From positions 800,001-864,000 of the forward strand of contig CAXXVS010000001.1 of assembly GCA_963674755.2 (NCBI GenBank): a stretch of DNA of 64,000 nt, given 5' to 3'. The notes beneath the pieces were generated by a model, which worked only from the letters and a program-made list of their open reading frames with translations, was not told the DNA's origin and did not search any database. Both the position numbers and the translations under genes were made by a program. Positions 57,860 through 64,000 of this stretch are shown piece by piece; position 1 is the stretch's first letter; each line of letters starts with the position of its first letter. This DNA comes from Desulfobacterales bacterium. GTDB taxonomy: Bacteria; Desulfobacterota; Desulfobacteria; Desulfobacterales; UBA5852.

Positions 57860-58849
57860 CGCGATCTCCGGCACATCGCCCGTCAGGAGTGCGGACAGAT
57901 GGAGGTAGCGCGTGGTTGAGCGTTTGGTGTCGATATCGTCGTATACCCGCTGCACCTGCTCCGGCGTTATGCCCACGTAAGGTGCCAGGGCATCGGGCGC
58001 TATCTGGTTGTTGCGGCCGTAAAGGCACAAATCCATTTTATCATGGGGCAATGAAAAATAAAACTCGTCCTGTCCCTGGGGCAGGGAATAGGTGTCGGTT
58101 GTAGGCGGTCGTTTGCGGATTTCCTCCGGAACTCCCAGATATTCCGCCAGCTGATAGACTTGGCTCTTGTAGAGGTGAGCGATGGGTTTGATGTCGGCGG
58201 CCCCGTCGCCAAGTTTGACGAAGAAGCCCTGATCGTATTCAAGGCGATTGGGCGTGCCGGCCACGGCAAAATTGAGACGGTCGGCGTGATAGTATTCCAT
58301 CATCTTGCGGATACGCTGCTTGAAGTTGGTGGCGGCGACGATTTCGAGATAGGCCTTGAGGGGCAGCCGTTTTTTGATCTCTTTTCCATCCGGGTCCCGG
58401 GCCACGATGGAAAAGAGGCTGAAGCCCTTGGTCGCGAAGACGCTCGGGATGACGATTTTGGATTTCCAACCCTCCGCGTATTCCGGGATCACCTGGCAAA
58501 CCGCCTCGTTGTAGCGCCGGTAAAATCCCACGGCTTCCAGGATGCCGGAGATGTCCTCATGCACATAGGTTACGCCGAAGGCCTCGGCGACGCTGCGGCT
58601 CAAATCAAGGGTTTCATCAGCGGAGTGGCGTTCGGGCATCAACAGGACAAGGACACGTTCCGGTCCGACGGCTTGGACGGCCAGGGCGGTGGTGACACTG
58701 CTGTCGATGCCTCCCGACAAAGCGACCACCAAACCCCGCCGCTTCAGGTCGTTGGCGAGGATCCGGCGGATGCGGTCACAGATGGTTTCGACTTCCTCTT
58801 GGGCATTCAGTTTCAGGACGTCTTCGGTCAGTCCGGTTTCGGATGGCAT
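57827..58849 (-). CDS. NAD(+) synthase-like ATP pyrophosphatase (EPS-cluster paralog)
   Basis: LSGGIDSSV PP-loop, N.KQR.R, GTPN..E, F.K.GDG, KPIAHLYK.QVY.LA..LG.P..I....PT. Confidence 0.85.
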   Translation of the reverse strand: MPSETGLTEDVLKLNAQEEVETICDRIRRILANDLKRRGLVVALSGGIDSSVTTALAVQAVGPERVLVLLMPERHSADETLDLSRSVAEAFGVTYVHEDISGILEAVGFYRRYNEAVCQVIPEYAEGWKSKIVIPSVFATKGFSLFSIVARDPDGKEIKKRLPLKAYLEIVAATNFKQRIRKMMEYYHADRLNFAVAGTPNRLEYDQGFFVKLGDGAADIKPIAHLYKSQVYQLAEYLGVPEEIRKRPPTTDTYSLPQGQDEFYFSLPHDKMDLCLYGRNNQIAPDALAPYVGITPEQVQRVYDDIDTKRSTTRYLHLSALLTGDVPEIATSGFKTVDSV

Positions 58850-58860
58850 TCTTTTTCCTT

Positions 58861-60858
58861 TCAATTCAACCGGTTTTCGGCATCTTGGTGGTAAATCTTG
58901 AGATCTTTGTGAAGGTGGGGGGGGCCGGACGGGAAATGCCGGACAAATTTTTCATCTAAAAGCTGGGTCGAGATGATGCCTACCAGGGCCATGTTTTCAC
59001 GTTCACTCAAAGCTCGGCCGTTAGGCTGCCGAGCTTTGAGCCCCAACTTCTGAACTTTGTGGGGGGCGAAATAACCGGATTCCTCAAGGCGCTTCTCCGA
59101 CAAAAGGTCCATCACATAGTCAGGGGGACTATATCCCACGAAAGCACTGCTGATGGGGGCCCGGTAGGGTTGTTTGGGGCGGTCGATCAACTTTTGGGGA
59201 ATCACGCCCCGCGCCGCCGCTTTCAATATATGCTTTTCGGTCAGGCCGAAGAGACGATAGCGGGAGGGCATGCGGAATGCCAGTTCGATGACGCGGTAGT
59301 CCAGGAACGGATAGCGGCCTTCCACCGAGTGGGCCATGGCCATGCGGTCCCCTTGGGAGCTGAGCAGATAATTGGTCAGGAACAACCGCATTTCGATGTA
59401 TTGCGCGCGCGATAAGGCGGGCCACTGCATGAAATCAGCTGGCAGCGAGGCGGCAAAACGCGGTTCGAATGCCGCGGTGGTGTCGATTCGGCTCTTCAGC
59501 CTGTCGGAAAAGAAATGCTGGAGCTGAGCGGTGTTGTGCCAGCGCGGCAGGTGCGAATAAAGCGGCGCGTCGGTGTGTTCCAGGTCCCTTTTGAAGAAGG
59601 CTTTCAGGTAATGTTTGGCCTTGTCGGAGCCTTCGGCAAAAATGTATGGGTAGAGCCGTTGGAGCAGCATAGGCCGCGTCTCGGAGTTCGGGTTCCGTGC
59701 CCAAAAGCGGCGCACCTGGGCTTCCTTGAAAATATTGTAACCGGCCATGATCTCGTCGGCACCCTCGCCGGTCAGCACAACTTTGAAGTTGGTTTCGCGC
59801 ACCAACTGAGCTAGCAGATAGAGCGGGGCCGGTGCAGTGCGCAGGATCGGCGTTTCAGTGTGCCAGATCACATCCGGAAAAATTTCGCCAATGCTGCTGT
59901 CGGTGCAGGTCGTCATGCGGTGCTCGGTTTGCAGGCTTTCGATGGCCAGCTTTTGAAAAGGGCTTTCGTCGAAGCGCTGGTCGCTAAAACCCACCGAGAA
60001 GGTGCACAGCCGGTTGTTGAAATGGTTTTTGACCAGCGCACTGGTGTAGGTGCTGTCGATGCCGCCGCTCAAGTAGGCCCCCACCGGAACGTCGGCCCGC
60101 AGCCGGATGCGCGTGGCATCCAGGATAAGAGCCTTGAATTCCTCCAGCCATTCTTCGAAAGGGCGCTCGCTGGGATCGGTGTTTCCGGCAGGGATCGTCC
60201 AGTAGGGGGTAATGCGAATCCCTTTTTCCGAAAATTCCGCGTAATGACCGGCCGGGATCTGACGCACACCGGCAAAAGAGGTGCGATCATCCACCGGGGT
60301 CCAGCAGGTGAAAATGTCCGTAAGAGTTTGGGTGTCCAACTCGCGGTGGATGCGGGGATCGGCAAACAGCGCCTTGATTTCGGAGGCGAACTGCAGGCGC
60401 CCTCCGTTGAGGGCATAAAACAGGGGACGGATTCCCACACGGTCGCGGCCCAGCAGAAGCAGCCGTTTGCGGGCATCCCAGATGGCGAAGGCAAATTGAC
60501 CGTTGAGCTTTTCGAAAAGGGCGGGGCCTATCTCCTCGTAAAGGTGGACGATGACCTCGGTATCGGTGGTCGTGTAGAAGTTGTGCCCGCGGTTTAAGAG
60601 CTCTTCGCGCAATTCGGGATAGTTGAAGACTTCCCCGTTGTAGACGATCCACACGCTACGGTCCTCGTTGTGGATCGGCTGGTCTCCACAGGACAGATCG
60701 ATGATGCTCAGGCGGGCGTGTCCCAGCCCTGCCCCGCGATCCAGATAAAGCCCGGCAGCATCCGGGCCCCGGTGGTCCAGAAACCCGACCATGCGCTGGA
60801 GCAAGGGCTGCATGTCTTCGTGATCTTTGAAATCGATGATGCCGGCGATACCGCACAT
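58861..60858 (-). CDS. asnB: asparagine synthase-like glutamine amidotransferase
   Basis: MCGIAG, HRGPD, RLSIID, NGE..NY, LSGGIDS, TGEGADE..AGY, RYPFLD. Confidence 0.9.
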   Translation of the reverse strand: MCGIAGIIDFKDHEDMQPLLQRMVGFLDHRGPDAAGLYLDRGAGLGHARLSIIDLSCGDQPIHNEDRSVWIVYNGEVFNYPELREELLNRGHNFYTTTDTEVIVHLYEEIGPALFEKLNGQFAFAIWDARKRLLLLGRDRVGIRPLFYALNGGRLQFASEIKALFADPRIHRELDTQTLTDIFTCWTPVDDRTSFAGVRQIPAGHYAEFSEKGIRITPYWTIPAGNTDPSERPFEEWLEEFKALILDATRIRLRADVPVGAYLSGGIDSTYTSALVKNHFNNRLCTFSVGFSDQRFDESPFQKLAIESLQTEHRMTTCTDSSIGEIFPDVIWHTETPILRTAPAPLYLLAQLVRETNFKVVLTGEGADEIMAGYNIFKEAQVRRFWARNPNSETRPMLLQRLYPYIFAEGSDKAKHYLKAFFKRDLEHTDAPLYSHLPRWHNTAQLQHFFSDRLKSRIDTTAAFEPRFAASLPADFMQWPALSRAQYIEMRLFLTNYLLSSQGDRMAMAHSVEGRYPFLDYRVIELAFRMPSRYRLFGLTEKHILKAAARGVIPQKLIDRPKQPYRAPISSAFVGYSPPDYVMDLLSEKRLEESGYFAPHKVQKLGLKARQPNGRALSERENMALVGIISTQLLDEKFVRHFPSGPPHLHKDLKIYHQDAENRLN

Positions 60859-60903
60859 AATTAGAAAACCTTAAGGAAGAAAAGACAGTTAAGGAAAGCG
60901 CTA

Positions 60904-61420
60904 CACCATGAAGAGCATGAAGGACATGAAGATATAAAAATGAATATATGGCTCCGCCTGGTCAATTCCATGGGCGGTGGTTTGACGGAGAGCAGCAAAT
61001 TATCGATTTTCTCTCAGCATGTATTGTGCCAGGATAATATTACATCATAAAATTAAATGGTTATGGGAGGTATAGGTTGTATGGAGAGGCGTATTGCGCC
61101 TGCCAGGTCTCAAAATTACGGTTTTCAGGAAGCGTTATCGTGAGAACTGGGAAAAAATTTACCTAATTGGCAGTAGGATAGTAGACTATAGGTTGATAGG
61201 CTGTCAGGCTGTAGGGCAAACAGATAGTAGGCTGAAAGCTCAAAGCTGAAAGAATAACCTGCTATTTTATGGGGTTCCTAACAGTCCGGACTGATTTTAC
61301 CATGAAGAGCATGAAGGGTAAACATAAAGGCTGATTACCACGAAGGGCACGAAGAACATGAAGAAAAAGGTATTAGGCTGGGCTGAAAGATGCCATCAAC
61401 TTCTTCATGAATTTCATGGG
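60904..61420. repeat. periodic modules B, H, K (gctgaaa), B, A, B'
   Basis: caccatgaagagcatgaaggacatgaag; taggctgtcaggctgtagg; gctgaaagctcaaagctgaaag; taccacgaagggcacgaagaacatgaag. Confidence 0.8.
61016..61031 (-). promoter_or_regulatory. sigma54 promoter for the asnB-nadE-like-ACP operon
   Basis: TGGCACAATACATGCT on - strand (TGGCAC, GG-N10-GC). Confidence 0.7.
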
Positions 61421-61445
61421 AAAATGCCTTTTTGATTTTCCTCTT

Positions 61446-62792
61446 CTATGAAGCGTAATAGCCTTGCTGCCGAAGCAGTGTGGCAAGGGACGTCTGGGCT
61501 TGTCTTTCCCCATGGACCAGCTTGACGGCTCCCGGTTTCTCGGGCATGGATGCGAGCCAGTCGATGAGTCCCTTTTGATCGGCATGGGCGGAGTACCCGG
61601 TTAGGGTGTGAACGCCTGCTTTGATCGTTCGGCGCTCCCCGTCGAGGATGGTATAGCCGCCCGGCTTTTTGGCATATTTTTGAATCGCCCGGCCTGGTGT
61701 GCCGGCGGCCTGGTAGCCAACGAAGAGAATGTCGTTTGCGGGATGTTCGATGCCATTTTGCAGGTGTCTGACGATCCGGCCGCCGGTGCACATGCCGCTG
61801 CCGGCCAGAATAACAGCGGGGCCTTTGCTTTCGCAGAGCTTCAAATGGTCCCTGTGATTTTCCACCGCGTACAAGCCGTGAAAATCGATGGGATGGTCCC
61901 CCCGCTGTTCCAGGTCGCTGGCCTCCGTGTCCCAATATTCGGCGAGCCGGGCATAAATTCGGGTGATCTTGAGCCCCAAGGGCGAATCAACGAAGACGGG
62001 CGGGCGTTGCCTGCCTTGGAGCTCCGGGAACATTTCCTGGTAGCGGGGATCGGTAAAAATCCGGTCTATTTCATAGATCAGTTCCTGGGTGCGACCCAAA
62101 GCAAAGGCCGGGATGAAGACTTTGCCGCCGTCCGCCAGTGTCCGTGTGAGAACGGCCCCGAGTTGTTCGATGCGCTGATGCCGATCGGCGTGACGTCGAT
62201 CGCCGTAGGTGGATTCCATAACCACCAGATCGGCATTGTCCGGCGGCTCGGGGTCCACCAGGATGGGCGTATCTGCTGCGCCGATGTCCCCGGAAAAGAG
62301 GGCCGACCAGCCGCTTTTATCATCCTGAAAACGGATGAAGCTGGATCCCAGGATGTGGCCGGCACGTTTCAGTTTGAAATTTACGCCGTTGGTGAGATCG
62401 AAGGGCTCGCCGTATTCGAATCCCCACGAAAGTTCGTCGATGCACTTTTCAAGGCGCTCAGCAGTCCGGTCGGATTTTCCCGAAAACTGCATGGCATCGG
62501 CCAGCATGGGTGCCAACAGTGCCTTGGTGGGATGGGAGCAGATGATCTCGCCCTTGAATCCGTTTTCGATCAACTCGGGCACCCGGCCGATGTGGTCGAT
62601 GTGGGCGTGGGTGAGAAACAGATAGTCGATTTCGGCGGGCGAAACCGGCCATTGGTCCATGGAGTGCTGCGCATCGCTCCCCTGGGCCAGGCCGCAGTCG
62701 ACCATGATGTTGAGGCCGTTGAGCTGCAGGAGGTGGCAGGAGCCGGTGACGCAGTGCTCGGCGCCGAGATGGGTTAGGCGATAGTTAGCCAC
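61446..62792 (-). CDS. MBL-fold beta-CASP metallo-hydrolase (putative ribonuclease)
   Basis: VTGSC, DCG, THAHIDHIG, AGHILGS, SGD, ESTYG, GR.QE, SGM.TGGR, SAHAD, VHGE. Confidence 0.9.
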   Translation of the reverse strand: MANYRLTHLGAEHCVTGSCHLLQLNGLNIMVDCGLAQGSDAQHSMDQWPVSPAEIDYLFLTHAHIDHIGRVPELIENGFKGEIICSHPTKALLAPMLADAMQFSGKSDRTAERLEKCIDELSWGFEYGEPFDLTNGVNFKLKRAGHILGSSFIRFQDDKSGWSALFSGDIGAADTPILVDPEPPDNADLVVMESTYGDRRHADRHQRIEQLGAVLTRTLADGGKVFIPAFALGRTQELIYEIDRIFTDPRYQEMFPELQGRQRPPVFVDSPLGLKITRIYARLAEYWDTEASDLEQRGDHPIDFHGLYAVENHRDHLKLCESKGPAVILAGSGMCTGGRIVRHLQNGIEHPANDILFVGYQAAGTPGRAIQKYAKKPGGYTILDGERRTIKAGVHTLTGYSAHADQKGLIDWLASMPEKPGAVKLVHGERQAQTSLATLLRQQGYYAS

Positions 62793-62918
62793 AGATCACC
62801 AAAGATGAACACGGATTAAGAAAAAATTTACCATGAAGGACATGAAGCGCATGAAGAGATAAAGTGACTAAAAAAAGACAATTACCACGAAGGGCACGAA
62901 GAACGCGAAGAACACAAG
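62788..62918. repeat. periodic modules C-B-A
   Basis: gccacagatcaccaaagatgaacacggatt; tttaccatgaaggacatgaagcgcatgaag; taccacgaagggcacgaagaacgcgaag. Confidence 0.85.
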
Positions 62919-62968
62919 GATATACTTTAAGAATGTAAGCCTTTAGGTCGGTGGGCAGACGGTGGGAC

Positions 62969-63406
62969 TCATGGTTCTGTGCCCGGGTACCGGTCAAGGA
63001 AACTGAGGATTCTGTCGACAAAAAGATCAAGATCGTTGAGATTGTTCTGGAAAATACCGAATACAATCGAGTCGTCCACCTTTTCATAGTAATGGACCAG
63101 TAGGTTCCTGAAAGCGGCGATTTTCTCGAATATGGGAAGGTCGGTGGGAGTAAGGATATTGTGCTCGGCCAATACTGCAAAGGTATCGCGATAGCTTGTC
63201 GGTTCCCGCATCTTCTCGTCGGAAATAATATGCTGAGCTGCATCGATGCAGCCTTCGATCGTAATGTGCAGGGTGCGTTCAACGAACCGTCGTGTCCTGA
63301 CATCGGTGCGATAAAGATCCCAGTTTATATCCCTTGCACCTCTCAATTCGGCGATATTGGCTCTAATGTCCGCCAAAATGCGCTCAATGAGAACCCGGTC
63401 GACCAT
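62969..63406 (-). CDS. HEPN (DUF86/HepT-like) ribonuclease toxin
   Basis: FRNLLVHYY (RX4HXY), ER.L...IE..ID, P.SY.D.F. Confidence 0.9.
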   Translation of the reverse strand: MVDRVLIERILADIRANIAELRGARDINWDLYRTDVRTRRFVERTLHITIEGCIDAAQHIISDEKMREPTSYRDTFAVLAEHNILTPTDLPIFEKIAAFRNLLVHYYEKVDDSIVFGIFQNNLNDLDLFVDRILSFLDRYPGTEP

Positions 63407-63803
63407 TGTTTCCCCGATAAAGCACCTTATTCACATATTTTTGATGTAGATATAGGAAGTCCTCGAAAAATTTGCGGCTCTTGATTTCGAATTGCTTGCG
63501 AGCCTTGGATGATCGTTCAAACACTAATATGCCGTCGCGCCTGATCTGATGCTTCAGAACTTCGCTGGTGTTGTTTAAAATGACGGTATCGACGCTACAA
63601 CCAATCGCTATTTCAAGGACGCTAATGAATTCGAGCAGCGAAAAGGGGTGTTTATCATCTAATAGCAAGGCAATATCGATATCACTGGAGGCCTTTTGAC
63701 AATTTTTGGCATAGGAGCCAAAAAGATAGGCGGCCACAACAGCAGGCTCCTTGGCGCAAAATTGAGCGACCCTTTCTTTGATCCTACGGGATGATAGTGT
63801 CAT
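63384..63803 (-). CDS. minimal nucleotidyltransferase (MntA-like antitoxin)
   Basis: YLFGSYAKNCQKASSDIDIA (GSX10DXD), VD.V.LN; overlaps the HEPN gene. Confidence 0.9.
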   Translation of the reverse strand: MTLSSRRIKERVAQFCAKEPAVVAAYLFGSYAKNCQKASSDIDIALLLDDKHPFSLLEFISVLEIAIGCSVDTVILNNTSEVLKHQIRRDGILVFERSSKARKQFEIKSRKFFEDFLYLHQKYVNKVLYRGNNGRPGSH

Positions 63804-63804
63804 G

Positions 63805-63875
63805 GGCTGTAGGTCACAAAATAAAGTCTGAAGGCAACTATAGGCTAAAGACTTTAGACTATTAGGGTGTAGGCC
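63805..63875. repeat. periodic module H upstream of the MNT gene
   Basis: ggctgtagg ... actataggctaaagactttagactattagggtgtagg. Confidence 0.55.
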
Positions 63876-64000
63876 TGGTTGGCTGCCCCAAGGAACGGAT
63901 AAGGGTGCCTAACACAACACTTTTTGGGCGTCTTGCAATTTCGATTCAAGAAAGGATGCTTTCGAAACTGATAAGTACAGATTACACAGGTATGTTATTA

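Noticed and set aside
61446..63803. MBL + HEPN + MNT as one novel defence operon
   Set aside because: MNT-HEPN is a known toxin-antitoxin pair and this beta-CASP family is widespread; adjacency alone does not show functional coupling
1..64000. tRNA, rRNA or known riboswitch genes
   Set aside because: None recognisable by eye; a covariance-model scan would be needed to exclude them

Overview
Bacterial chromosomal segment; gene content and repeat style suggest a Desulfobacterales-like deltaproteobacterium (inference). Left to right: (1) a split C-P lyase phosphonate locus, phnGHIJKL (-) divergent from phnM-phnCDE (+); (2) an acyl-CoA/lipid catabolism cluster (ADP-forming acyl-CoA ligase, TetR, acyl-CoA dehydrogenase, histidine phosphatase, patatin); (3) GxxExxY, DUF362 and a frameshifted AAA/DUF4143 gene; (4) rfbB, rfbC, rfbA; (5) three secreted FN3-headed proteins and a complete IS21 element with a 5-bp target duplication; (6) a large, mostly AT-rich exopolysaccharide/PEP-CTERM-exosortase locus headed by an AsnB-NadE-like-ACP-acyl-CoA ligase cassette; (7) a beta-CASP MBL gene and an MNT-HEPN pair. 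The two most striking unexplained signals are (a) a modular family of short periodic inverted repeats (cacgaag, catgaag, cacagat units, a fixed palindrome and others) that fills most intergenic gaps from 12.7 to 26.8 kb and from 60.9 to 63.9 kb and tightly brackets a GxxExxY PD-(D/E)XK-type gene, suggesting a nuclease/REPIN-like mobile system, and (b) small FN3 proteins that appear to lack strand A at the N-terminus and carry it as a C-terminal tail, suggesting a donor-strand-complemented filament with a large lectin-bearing terminal subunit. No database searches were possible; functional calls rest on recognised motifs and gene context.
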